Part shown: piece by piece, positions 49,901-61,609 of the stretch | Layout: each line of letters starts with the position of its first letter | Position numbering within the stretch: the stretch's first letter is position 1 | NCBI RefSeq assembly: GCF_003704095.1 | Contig: NW_020845558.1 | Location: forward strand, 744,001-808,000 | Direction: 5' to 3' | DNA from: Pocillopora damicornis | Taxonomy: Eukaryota | Length of the DNA: 64,000 nt | The notes under the pieces: generated by a model | The model's input: the letters and a program-made list of their open reading frames with translations, nothing else | What the model was told of the DNA's origin: nothing | Database searches by the model: none | Position numbers and translations under genes: made by a program

Positions 49901-52900
49901 AATTGCTTTGTGGACATATCAATATCTTCTCTTTGCAGCACCTATTAACATGGGCTTGAACTTCACTGAGTCAAAAGACTCTACAGAAGTCGTAGCGTTC
50001 GTTTCTCCAAATAAGGCACGATTCTTTACTTTGCCTGCGGAGCTTTTTTTCGGGGTCGAAGAAATTTTTATTGACGTAAGTATGTTTCTAGTTTTTTCGT
50101 TTTCTGACAATACGTCGCTGAGTCATAATAATCCATTTTTTTAAACCTGAGTTCTTACTACTAGAGGAGATGTCGAGCGTATGCGTCGATCATTTCGAAG
50201 CATCCACTTCCCCCCTTCCCCTCTTCCCCGGGCAACTCTCCATGGATGTAAACTTTTGAAGATTAGTTCGTTCAATCCCTCACCCTCTCCCCTGGGGCTA
50301 AACCTGTGTTCCAGTGCTCCACCTAAGTTATGGACTTGATCGTCAATTTTTTCGGAAAAATGACCGTGACATTATTTTAGAACTTTTGTTGTGAGCCATC
50401 TGCTCGCGAAAGTAAACTGTTTACCCGTAAACACCTCTATATTAAAAAATAAACCACTTGTATTCCGCTCGAAAGACTTGAAAGTTCCAATTCAAATCCC
50501 CCACCCCACCTCACCCCACCCAGGCAAGGTTCCGTACCGACACCAGGGCTCAGACGACAAAATCAAATGCCCGTGGGCTGCCCAGTGGGGAAATGTGGAA
50601 CCTTCAAATTGATCGACACGTTACAAGACTTTGGTATTTGCTGCAGGTTGTACCACAGTATGGCACTGTGACTGTGTATGCATCAAGGATAACAGATACT
50701 CCGGGTCCAGACAATTACACTCTCAAAATTGGACCGGCAGGTAACCTTTTTAATCTCACATTACAGGGTGTGAAAGACGCCAATGCGACTAAATTTTTCA
50801 CTTTGGCACACCAAATCCTGAAAATTAGTTGCCAAATTGGCTAATAGAATGTTTCATCATAACCTTACCAAGAGATAAAGTGAATTTAAAAGATTTGCAA
50901 AGATAAATCCGCGGCAAACTTCCTCGTTCAGTTTGTTTCCAAAACGAAGCATGTGCATCTCGATCGATAACTAGACGCCATCATAGATTTAGGTGAGCTT
51001 GAACGTTGTATATCATCCATCCTAGTGTCCACTTTGTAGCACATTAAAGATCTTTACCCTAACTTAATTTTGGAGAGTCTATTTAGAACGCTGAGTACCG
51101 CTTTCATACATTTTTATCTTTGATTCTGAGTGCCTTTTCCAAAGAAATATCATTTTGGATCAATAATGAGCAAGCATGGTGACTTGAGTTGAATCTGATC
51201 TTCATGTTGATGACGCTCACTTCAAAAGCTTTTCGCCACGAAACGCCTATCTAGAAATAGTTTTGCATTTAGCTATGTTTTGCATTTTTAAGGAGAAGGA
51301 GAAGAGATGCAGCTGCAGTTTACAAACCTTTGTGCCGGTAGGAACATTCACCGATCGGTTACTTGTAACTGTTAATGACGATCAAATTCATGATCTTTAA
51401 CTTGGCCAGGAACCCTTTCAAATACAAAAATGTTACTTTAAGAAGCCAATTTACGTAGAGTACCGTTTACTATTCTAGAAACATGTCTGTCCCGATGACT
51501 TTGTTGAAACAAAACCTCCTGTTTTGCAGAGTGATAAACCAGGAAAATCTAATCAGCAAAACAACGGCCACTGCCCTCCAACCTTATACTTTTCTGAGCA
51601 AGCCACGGGCTTATGTGCTGAATTTCCGATGTGTTGGGGGAAACCAATACCTCCACTAATATGATGATTAACCGTGTACATGAACTTAAAGTTCATTTGC
51701 GTTTACCTCGAATTTCAGGTTACAATTCCTCTGAAACTTGTCCTCCAATCAACATCGGAATATACGGAGAATCGTCTTCACTTTCCTGCTCAGGTTTTCA
51801 AAATTTTCAAATGAGTTTTGCATTTGCTTAATCCGCAAGTTACAGCAAGGGCGTAACAAGGGAAGGAGGGTCTAGGGTTGCTCGTGACCCCACTTTGTAA
51901 ACCTTTTTCGTCACATTGAGAAAAACTCAGCGTGGAGGTCGACAAGACAGCCTGTTGAGTACCCTCTGTTTGACATAGTGTAAGACCCCTCCCCAACCCT
52001 AACCCTAACACTCCCTTGAAAGATCCTGGCTACGCCCCTGTACAGTGGCATTCGTCGAGTAGTTAGCGATCTAAACCGAGGCAAGTGAGAAAAAATCCAG
52101 TGAGTAACAGGGTGGAGCGCTTGAACCGGAGGGGGGGGGACAACTGGAGACCAGGCTAGGTCGTTGGTCAAGACTTATTTGAATGGTTTCGCCCGGGAGA
52201 AATTGCAATTCCGCTAGTAGTTTTTTGTTCCAGATGCTAGAATAAGCCTCAACATCAATGGAACATTATTTTGACCGCCTAAACCTTTGAGTAGGACCTG
52301 TGTTGTTGCCTTTTTTGCGAGATCAATCGTCTCCTTTACATTTTTTACCTAGAGCGAGACTGCAATCTCCCAAATCAAATCAAATTCAAGATAAGAAGAG
52401 GTAAGTTCTTGTGTTTTTTTTGGGGGGGGGGAGGGGGGAGGTACTGTTTTAGCCACCCAAGATTGTAAAATTCTGGGGAAATGTTGCAGCTCAAGTTGGT
52501 TCTCTAAATATCGTGAGACATGCCAACAAACATGCTTGAATAGGGCACTGAAATACCAGGGGGTCCTAGCTACCCCTAATCCCTCAGCCCCCAATGTTGG
52601 AGTGTTCTATCCAGTAAATTCGGTGTGCATACAAGTCGACGGTTTTTTCTTTTTCTATTGAAAACTATCAAAGAAGTATGAAATACCCACAATTGTCCCT
52701 CTTGCAGTTATAAGAGCAAACTTTACCATTGCCATAAACTGTAATCTTAGGTCAGACAATGAATGATGAGTTTGCCATTTTCGTTTTTTTTTTTTGACAA
52801 GTAACGGAATTTTTTATTTGCAACAGGAACACCTAAAAAAAACAGAGGAGGCATCACGACTACAGACCTGTTTTTCCGTCATTTTCTTCTCACAGCTTCG

Positions 52901-52924
52901 ATCTTGGTTTTGAATCTTTTGTAA
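40966..52924 (+). CDS. secreted, probably GPI-anchored protein: PGLYRP2-N-terminal-like domain + VWA domain + C-terminal beta-rich domain, 702 aa, 16 exons
   Basis: Exons 40966-41035, 41161-41200, 44199-44875, 45581-45784, 46002-46049, 46146-46236, 46810-46958, 48138-48235, 48430-48514, 49022-49171, 49939-50075, 50647-50740, 51293-51337, 51719-51793, 52353-52400, 52827-52924 splice into one open frame (2109 nt). Signal peptide, furin site RARR, MIDAS VFVMDESGS...GGSTQT...IVLTDG, hydrophobic tail FLLTASILVLNLL*. The last three exons are the least certain. Confidence 0.85.
42811..43498. mobile_element. Tc1/mariner-like MITE nested in the Mutator-like element
   Basis: TA|TCGTAAAGACCTGTGTATAA ... 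TTATACACAAGTTTTTACAG degenerate TIRs. Confidence 0.6.
42940..43142. mobile_element. piggyBac-like MITE, nested (third level)
   Basis: TTAA|CCCTTTAACTCCC ... AGTCAAAAGG|TTAA; same family as 2380-2580. Confidence 0.8.
47135..47238. repeat. near-perfect hairpin (50-bp arms, 4-nt loop)
   Basis: 47135-47184 pairs with 47189-47238 at 49 of 50 positions; loop CTAC. Confidence 0.95.
47411..47632. mobile_element. Penelope-like element terminal repeats in inverted arrangement, with degenerate hammerhead cores
   Basis: Forward copy GTGATTAAGGGCTAACGCTCGAAAAGTCAGC...TTTACGGTGG...GACGCAGCACCA and an opposing copy TAACGAAGTGCTGACGTTCGAAACGTCAGC on the minus strand. Confidence 0.6.
49203..49366. mobile_element. 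degenerate TTAA-flanked MITE
   Basis: Right end GTTAAAGGG|TTAA; degenerate left end after TTAA. Confidence 0.45.
51846..52040. mobile_element. hAT-like MITE
   Basis: CAAGGGCGTAACAAGG ... CCTGGCTACGCCCCTG imperfect TIRs. Confidence 0.55.
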
Positions 52925-53261
52925 CTGATCGTTCGATCACGATTGCTGGCTAAAAAATCCTTCTCTCACAAGTGATATGATAAATCAATAGTTAGTAGGC
53001 TGGATAGTCTGAAAAAGCTTCAGGTCATCTTGGCTGGAGAGTACGTAGAATGGTGCTAAGATCTGCTATTCCTTGTCGAATGAAACACGTAGTTGTGAAA
53101 CTTAGGCTACGTTTGACGAGCTTATTTCAAACCAATAGTTTAAGTAGTTTTTAACTTTTACACTTAGTTCACGCCCCTACTGGAAACCAGCATGTTTAAA
53201 TAAAGTTGATCTTGATCACTTGATCCAATGTTTTTGTGTCTATTTTAGCATAGGTGTATGA

Positions 53262-53361
53262 NNNNNNNNNNNNNNNNNNNNNNNNNNNNNNNNNNNNNNN
53301 NNNNNNNNNNNNNNNNNNNNNNNNNNNNNNNNNNNNNNNNNNNNNNNNNNNNNNNNNNNNN
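53262..53361. other. assembly gap (100 N)
   Basis: Run of N. Confidence 1.
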
Positions 53362-53370
53362 TCCGAATGG

Positions 53371-55850
53371 GACCTCCAACATCAAGAAAAGCCTTTCAGA
53401 GCCAAAACACTGCCATTCACGACAACAATTTTGGGCATAGAAAAACCGATGAAAAAATATGAAAATTACCTCTTTTAATCTTCCTTTTCATTTCCAACGG
53501 GTCGTACTTCTTCCTCAAACACAAGACTTTGCATGAATAGTACCATGCTGGCTTTAGAAAAATTGTTTGTGATTGTGACACACCCTCTTTTTGACGTGTG
53601 AAAGGCTGACCTCATCTCCGCTTTGCAAGACAAGGACTCGATGCGACAATCATATTGTGTTATGAAGCTGTGAGCTCATCGCCTCTGGAGGCTAAGGATA
53701 ACCATGGGCATCAGCTATAAAGTTTTGATATTACTCGAAAAAAAGATATTATTTGGTTAAAATAGTCTTCTAACTACTATACTTTCGAGTTATATTCTTA
53801 CACTTTTGAAAACTAAAAGAGAGAGGCTGTAAATCGAGTACCGAAAGTTAGCTCGAAGTTAGGCGAAGAGATGCCAGATCTATTAGCAATAATAACATTA
53901 GGACCATCACCTTCTAGCAATCCTTCCAATCTATACCCAAGTTATGGAAGGTCTCTGAAGCCATAATCAATACTAAGATTTAGACCATCAGCTGAAAACT
54001 ATTTCATCACGCCAAGGGCAAGATTCAGCAGAACTTTGAGTCCACAGTCAATGACAAGATTTGGACGACGCTGAAAAAGGCTTCTCTCACAAACAGTTTA
54101 ATAAAATAATACCTAAAAGAGGCAGTTTATATTCTCTTGTACCTAGTAACAATGTCTGATCATAAATAGATAGCTTGATTACGCTATTTTACTGTGCCTC
54201 CTATGCTTTACCTTCAGGTTAGTTTACATGTTTAAACCACAAGAGGTTATAAGCTGATTGTAATCTCTTGCAGTACCCGCAGCTTAAATGTTTTAAAGAC
54301 TTATATTGCGCAATTATCAATATAAGAATTTTCAATTGCGAATATACAGATGTTAAAAATGTAAAAAATCTATTTTAAGTCTTCTTTATTTAGCCTCATT
54401 TAATCTATTTTGAACACTACAGCTTTATCTCCACGTTTGCTGTCTGTTATTACTAACTTACACCTGGGACGTGTAATTATATCGAAACAATGTCACCTAC
54501 TTCACGACCGACAGTAAGGTTTTCGCCTGTTGGGGGAAACTTGAAGGAAAATATTAATATAATCCACAACTTTGATCAGTATCGCAAAAGAACAAAGCTA
54601 TCCAAAGAAAATTCCTGAAGCTTGGCAAAACCAATAAAAAAACCACCCAACGAACAGGATTCTTGTGCTTATTCAGTATTCAGCTAATACTTCAGTTGAA
54701 TATATTTTTAAAATGAAAAAGCACTGAAAGAGAAAGAGAAGCAGTCATCAAGATTCACAACCGACATCACTCCCTCTTCCATGGGAAGGCCTCTCAGCCT
54801 TCCCCAAAGAGATCTCCAACATCAAGAAAACCCATTCAGATCTAGAAGACTGCCATCAGGGAGACAAAAACTACGATCATGAAAAAACTGATGAGTAAAT
54901 CAGCTCTTTCATTGTTCCTGCCCCTCTCAAACGGCTTTGCATGTATAAGACCATGCTGATTTGAGAAAAGTTGTCTTCTATTGAGACAAATCCTTAGCTC
55001 TTGTTGACGTATAGAGGGCTGTCCTTATCACCCGCTTTTTTTGAAAAGTAAAGGATAGGCTTTAAGCTGACAACCGAAATTTCGTTCTTTAAGAGACTTT
55101 GTTCTATATATCCTTTTATTTGTTTAAATATGTAACTGTACTGTGTTTGCCCCTCTTACCAAATTCTATTAGCATGTTTTCTTGTGTCTTGTAACCGCCA
55201 ACAAGGACAAAATCGAAAACTGATCTAAGAGACTCAAAGAAAATTCTTGAAGTTTGCCTAAAACAAAAAAACCGACCCGATCAAAAGAGTCCTTGTGGCT
55301 ATTACTCAGCTAATACTTTAGTTAAATAAATCTGGATAAAAAAAACGCACTGAGCATGAAAGAGAAGCAGTCATCAAGATTCACCTCCGATATCATTCCT
55401 TTTTCCTTGGGAAGGCCTCTCAGCCTTTCCGGAAGAGACCTCCAACATCGAGAGAAGCCTTTCGGACTCAGAAGACTGCCATTATGGAGACAGAAATAAT
55501 AATGATAAATAAACTGACGAGTTATATGAGACTCAAACACAAGGCTTTGCATGAATAGAACCATGCTGATTTGAGAAAAGTACTTTTCGAAGAAGACAGC
55601 ACCTTCTTTTTGACACGTATTTAGGTTGTCATTATCTCAGGACTCGTTAATAATATTGTGTTGAGAAATTGGAAACTTATCACTTCTGCAGTTTACATGT
55701 AAATATGTGCATTAGCTAAAAAGTTTGATATTTACATGAAAAAGGAGTCATTTGGTTGAAACAGTATTCGTTTTTAAAGAATCTTTCGGCTTATATGCTT
55801 GAGCTTTTAAATACCTATGGAGAGGCTGCAAACTAGGAACCGAAATTTCG
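53371..55850 (+). repeat. three diverged copies of the region upstream of the neuropeptide gene
   Basis: The block GACCTCCAACATC...ACTGCCAT...CTTTGCATG...ACCATGCTG recurs near 53371, 54811 and 55437. Confidence 0.8.
53871..54074 (+). pseudogene. pseudogenic paralogue of the QSITRFamide precursor
   Basis: MPDLLAIITLGPSPSSNPSNLYPSYGRSLKP*SILRFRPSAEN...RTLSPQSMTRFGRR*; in-frame TAA at 53964-53966 where Gln is expected; no convincing signal peptide. Confidence 0.75.
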
Positions 55851-56363
55851 CCCTCTAAAAACCTGGTGAACCAAAGGAATCCGTTTTTTATCGTATTTGC
55901 TTATCTATTTTCATCTGCGATGTTTTCGTCGCGCAGATGTTCAATCTTTAGTATAGGGATCGTCCTCGCCTTCACGCTTACTAATGTTTATTAATAGTTC
56001 TCCGTCGTTAGTGTATTGCCCTTTTCACGATTTTATCCCTGATAATAACCAAACTTTCGGCTTACGTTCTCAAGCTTTTAAAAACTAAACAAAAGGCTGC
56101 AAACTGAGAACCGAAATTTTGCTCTTTTACGAAGCTGTGCCAACCATGGTGAATTCTTTTATCATTTGTGATGTTTTCGTTGCACAGATGGATGCTCATG
56201 GTTGTTCCTTTGCACTGACAGTTCCAACCTGGTCATCTCTTTTCACAGTTGTAGAGTTTTCTATGAAAGATATAAATAAGGCTCTCTAATAGTCCTACAA
56301 TTAGTCTGACCCTCGCCATTTGGGTAAAACAAATCATCATAAATCAGCTACTCAAACCATTCT

Positions 56364-56369
56364 TATAAA
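56364..56369 (+). promoter_or_regulatory. TATA box of the neuropeptide gene
   Basis: TATAAA 75 bp upstream of the ATG at 56439. Confidence 0.45.
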
Positions 56370-56438
56370 GTACAGCTCAAGAGGCTTGCAACCACATAAA
56401 TCCTTCCAAGAATTTTTTGCTTCATCCGAAAAATCACT

Positions 56439-57776
56439 ATGAAAATAGTTGTTGTGCCTATTTACCAACTAATACTTTTGTGGAAATTATCACTAACGAT
56501 ACATGGACTGAAAAAGGACGAGCCGAAGATATCACATGGAATATCTCAAGAGAGTAAACGTTCTCTCCAGCCACAGTCAATGACTAGATGTGGACGATCA
56601 ACTGATAGCAACCCCCCCACAACTCCATGGACAAGACATGGGAAGTCTTTAAGACCACAGTCAGTAACAAGATTTAGACGATCAGCTGACACCAAACCAA
56701 TTCGTGGAGGTAACAATTATATCAGTTCAATAATACCACAGTCAATAGCAAGATTTGGGGGGTTCGCAGATAAAAATCCTATCAGTCAATGGAAAAGACA
56801 TGGAAGGTCTATAAGACCACAGTCAGTAACAAAATTTGGACGATCAGCTGACACCAAACCTATTCATGGAGGTGACAGTTATACCAGGTCAATAATACCT
56901 CAGTCAATAACAAGATTTGGAAGGTCCGCAGATAAAAATCCTATCAGTCAATGGACAAGAGATGGAAGGTCTATCAGATCACAATCAACAAAAAGATTTG
57001 GACTATCAGCTGGCACCAAAACTATTCATGGAGAAACCAAATATATCAGGTCTATAAGACCACAGTCAATAACGAGATTTGGACGATCAGCNNNNNNNNN
57101 NNNNNNNNNNNNNNNNNNNNNNNNNNNNNNNNNNNNNNNNNNNNNNNNNNNNNNNNNNNNNNNNNNNNNNNNNNNNNNNNNNNNNNNNNNNGGAGGGAAC
57201 AAATATATCAGGTCTATAAGACCACAGTCAATAACAAGATTTGGAGAATGTGCTGGCACCAAACCTATTGATGGAGGGAACAAATATATCAGGTCTATAA
57301 CACCACAGTCAACGACAAGACTTGGACGATCAGCTGACACCAAACCTATTGATGGAGGGAACAAATATATCAGGTCTCTAAGATCACAGTCAATAACAAG
57401 ATTTGGAAGGTTCGCAGATAAAAATCCCATCAGTCAATGGACAAGAGATGGAGGGTCTATCAGATCACAGTCAACAGAAAGATTTGGACTATCAACTGGC
57501 ACTAAACCTATTCATGGAGGGAACAAGTATATCAGGTCTATAAGACCACAGTCAATAACGAGATTTGGACGATCAGCTGGCACCAAACCTATTCCTGGAG
57601 GGAACAAATATATCAGGTCTATAAGACCACAGTCAATAACGAGATTTGGACTATCAAACGTATTTATGGAGGGAGCAAATATATTAGGTCTAAAAGACAA
57701 AAATCAGTGGAAAGATTTGGACTATCAGCTGGCACCAAACCTACACATGGAGGGAACAAATATATCAGGTCTATAA
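56439..57776 (+). CDS. neuropeptide preprohormone, QSITRFamide (QITRFamide family) type; spans gap 57092-57191
   Basis: Signal MKIVVVPIYQLILLWKLSLTIHG; 27-aa (81-nt) tandem units ending in PQSITRF-G-R (Gly amide donor plus basic cleavage site). 13 units are visible in frame; four more lie beyond a frameshift, up to about 57965. Confidence 0.88.
   Translation: MKIVVVPIYQLILLWKLSLTIHGLKKDEPKISHGISQESKRSLQPQSMTRCGRSTDSNPPTTPWTRHGKSLRPQSVTRFRRSADTKPIRGGNNYISSIIPQSIARFGGFADKNPISQWKRHGRSIRPQSVTKFGRSADTKPIHGGDSYTRSIIPQSITRFGRSADKNPISQWTRDGRSIRSQSTKRFGLSAGTKTIHGETKYIRSIRPQSITRFGRSXXXXXXXXXXXXXXXXXXXXXXXXXXXXXXXXXXGGNKYIRSIRPQSITRFGECAGTKPIDGGNKYIRSITPQSTTRLGRSADTKPIDGGNKYIRSLRSQSITRFGRFADKNPISQWTRDGGSIRSQSTERFGLSTGTKPIHGGNKYIRSIRPQSITRFGRSAGTKPIPGGNKYIRSIRPQSITRFGLSNVFMEGANILGLKDKNQWKDLDYQLAPNLHMEGTNISGL
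57092..57191. other. assembly gap (100 N) inside the tandem peptide repeat
   Basis: Run of N. Confidence 1.
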
Positions 57777-58689
57777 GACCACAGTCAATACCAAGATTTG
57801 GACGATCAGCTGGCACCAAACCTATTCATGGAGGGAGCAAATATATCAGGTCTATAACACCACAGTCAATAATAAGATTTGGGCGATCAGCTGACACCAA
57901 ACCTATTCATGGAGGGAACAAATATTAGGTATATAAGACCACAGTCAATAACAAGGTTTGGAAGATCAGCTAACTTAATTAAATTATTAAATCAAGTGGA
58001 GAAACATTTTAGGAATTGTATATATTTTAACATTTTAATATTTTTTTTGTAGCCATTTATGGTCATTATTAGTTAAATGCAAGACCCTACCAGCTATGCT
58101 GAATATTTTATCGTAGTTAAATAAAGTTATTCGTTCATTCAAGTGATCAGGAGCGTATAATGCTAGTTTCTCTTGAAGACACTCTCCTACTTTAGGTGTT
58201 AATTTGAAAAAAGAAACAATCAAATAGGCACACGAAAAAAGAAAGGTTATGTTCGGGTCATCAAGCCACGCTGAGAAATAATTTGACAGGTGTAAACTGG
58301 GTGTACAAAATGAAATAGTTGCGTGATAATCGCGTGATGTTTGAAAGCTAGAGAATAAAAAAATCCAACTGCGCCCTACATCTTCACCCATTCTTAATAA
58401 AATGAAAGGGCAAAAGTCGTGAATTGATAAAGTAACAACAACTTTGCGTATACTTTTAAGAAATTTTCAGTTGTTTTTCTCCAAAGATTTGTGAAGAATG
58501 TCAATGATTCTTTTCTTTTCTTTTCTTTTTTTTGATAAACAAGTTGCTGGAGAACCCAAAATCCCAGAGGAGGATTGCGCCATAAATCAATCACTTTAAT
58601 CTCAGTAACCTCCTTCTTAATTCACCGCTCATTTTTCCTTGGATTGATGAACGAAATAGATGAAAGAATAGGTTTTTGTTATGCATATA

Positions 58690-59600
58690 TTCTGACCACA
58701 ATAGCTAGGAAGGTCAAGGCAACTGCGCAGTTCCTCAGCATTAGTACACTTCAGTACATTTTCTGACCACAATAGCTGTCAGAAGGAAAATGCGATTGCG
58801 CAATTACTCGGCATTATTAATGACTTTGGCTAAATGCTGGAATTCCATACGCTTCCTGATGACTCACTTAGAGTCATTTTAGATCAGGCTAGACTAGAGA
58901 GTGTGGTAAGGGCTCACCTCACGCGGGAGCAGTGGAACTAACAGGCGGTAACACGACCATGTGCACGTGAGTTCCTGACTTCCGAACTTCCGACGTATAT
59001 GCACTGCACGCAGTTTAAAATACTTTTGTACACACATGGTCTGATCGAACTCTTCCATCTTTGAAGAATGAAGGAACGGTGAAACCTAAAACAGAGCGGA
59101 AATTCAATTTGAGAAACAAATCGATTTTTCACACTTTAATCTTATTCGAACATTAGAAGATTGCTTGAAGTGATGATAAAATACAGTTCCAAGCCAAATG
59201 ATCACCTAAGCCAGTAATTGAATCAGCTTGTCTGTCGTCGCGTCCTAAGCAAAGCTCTGTTTTGATCGAATACTTCATAAGTAAACTATCGGCCTTTTTC
59301 CATTACTCGACCGAATCACGTACATCTAGAAAGACTACTCTGTAAACTCATTAAACACACTTCATACTGATTTTGATGCAAATTACCACAAGTCAACAAC
59401 TTCCTTATTCTTTCGTTCTGTTATTTTGCGTTTTTTTTTTTGCGAGATTTTCTCAAGAGGTCCTAACATACTCGGATTTCAATAAATATTTGATCAATTA
59501 TAATTCTATAAATAATTTATTCATTATCATACCATAGATATAGCCTAAAAAAGGTCGAGTATGAAATGGCCTTTTGAGCTTATTCAAACTGGTAAGGAAA
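58690..59600 (+). repeat. copy 1 of a roughly 0.9-kb diverged direct duplication (non-coding)
   Basis: Colinear with 61610-62525. Confidence 0.85.
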
Positions 59601-61609
59601 CTACGCAACCTGAAAACACATTCATGACTATGATATCCCCTGAGCCATTAATCAATGGAAAAACAAAAACATTACTACCTATTGTACCCATCATGTCATT
59701 TCTACCTACCCCTGTCCCGAACTGGGGGAGGGGGGGGGGAATTCCTCTTACGGGAGGGAAGTAGCCCCGAATTTTAAACATTACCACTTGGTGAAAGACT
59801 ACTTACTACATACTAAATACTAAATACAACATCAACAGAAGACTGTCGAGTGCTGAAAGACTGCTTGAAAAACTACATTGATAAAGATAACGATAAAATG
59901 ACAAAAATAATCTATCAAAGTGAGTTTCGTATTACATTGAAAGGAATCAAACTCATCGTGACCTTAGTACAGCTCTCTCAATAAATGGGACCCTTTTCGT
60001 TAAAGAGAAGTTGTTTTTCGATTGAGACGACACTCTCTTGCTGATTGCTTCCACGACTGAAAAATTCAACATTACACTAATGTTTTCTGATATCTAAGAA
60101 CGAATGGCAGATTCACTGTTCACCCTCAGTAAACTCAAGAAAAATACGAAGTTCATCGCATGTTATCCTGCACCAGGAGAATGCCAATGAATAGCCTGTT
60201 TTCTTGAAAGTTTTTTTTCTTGAAAGAAAAGCGCTATAATATATCGTGTTTGCCTGAATTCGTTAGTCTGCTCTTATCACCTCTCTGCTAGGTAATAACG
60301 CGAAAAGGTATTGACACTGTGAGGGAAACTTGTGTGCTTATTGCCTTTGCGGGCTAAAGGGTTGACATGCAAATCAGTTGCAATTATGTGTTTTCTACAA
60401 GAAAAAAGCGTTCTTTGCTTGAAAAAATTCCTGATATGTGAACCTTCGTTTCTCAGTCTTCAGCCGTTCGAAACTAAGCTTTCGCTATCTTTTTTAGCGC
60501 TGAACGATAGCCTCAAAACTGGGAACTCACATTTTGCTAATGTTAACGAATATACGTGTATTTAAATGAATGTGTCTAAACCTTGTTTCCTCCTCCATTT
60601 TCAATTATAATGTTTAATATAGTTGCACAGATTTTCAAGCTTTTTGACGCTGAGAGAGATCGTTTTTGCCTTCACACTAGACAAAATTCACCAAGAGTTC
60701 TTCGACTGCGTCATCATGTGTAATGCCTTTTATTGCGTATACATTTATAAATTAATCGACTTGACACGGAAGCAGAAAATTGACATCAATTTGTGCATCA
60801 TTAAAAAAGAATGTAAACCAGGTTCTTTACTAACTTTCCAACAATTAGTGAGGTCTTCGTTATTTGGGTAAATACATCGAATGGAATACTTCACCAATGC
60901 AGCCACAGTTAGAAAAAAAGTCAATTGACAAAACATAGAAGGTTTATCTGACCACAGTAAATACCAAAGTATGGACGATCAGACGAAAATTTAAAAATCC
61001 AACTGGTAGGAGAAGCGTAGTTTATTCCCGCATCTACTTTTCATAACAGAGGTTGTAAACAGAGCGCTGATAGAAGCTCCTCATATCCCAGTGACGACCA
61101 ATACAAAAGCCGTGTATTAATTAATATAAGCCACTACACGTTACGTATCCTTTCAAAAAATATTCTAAGATGTTTTCTCCAAAAAAGAAAAAAATAAATA
61201 GGTAAATAACGACAATAAGTGATATCTATAGCCTCCATATGCGCGAAAATATGCACGGATAATTGACCGTACCGGAATTGAAGAAGTAGACGTAAAGTTT
61301 GAAATTTGAGAATATCAATTGCGGGCTTGCATCGCTGGGGCGTATTCGAACTCGTGATGTGTTTAGACCAAGCGTGCGCGAGCGCAAATATTTGATGGGT
61401 TCTAACGTGTGATTTCTTTGGTTTCATTTCCTCTTTAAGTTTTTTTTTTCTGATAAAAAAAAAAACAAAAAAAACAAAAAAACAATAAGTAGCCTGAGAG
61501 GTCAAATTCCTTGAGTCGGATTGTATTACTAATCAGTCACTTCCTTCGCAGTTTATGACTCGATTTCCGTTTGTTTTAGAATGTGGATGAAAGAAAACAC
61601 TGAAACGGC

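Noticed and set aside
52708-52750. Candidate additional exon of the VWA gene
   Set aside because: Including it introduces a stop with either donor; skipping it gives an open frame ending in a hydrophobic tail.
56560-57965. 81-nt periodic array as a CRISPR or satellite
   Set aside because: Eukaryotic context, no unique spacers, and the repeats are in-frame coding units behind a signal peptide.
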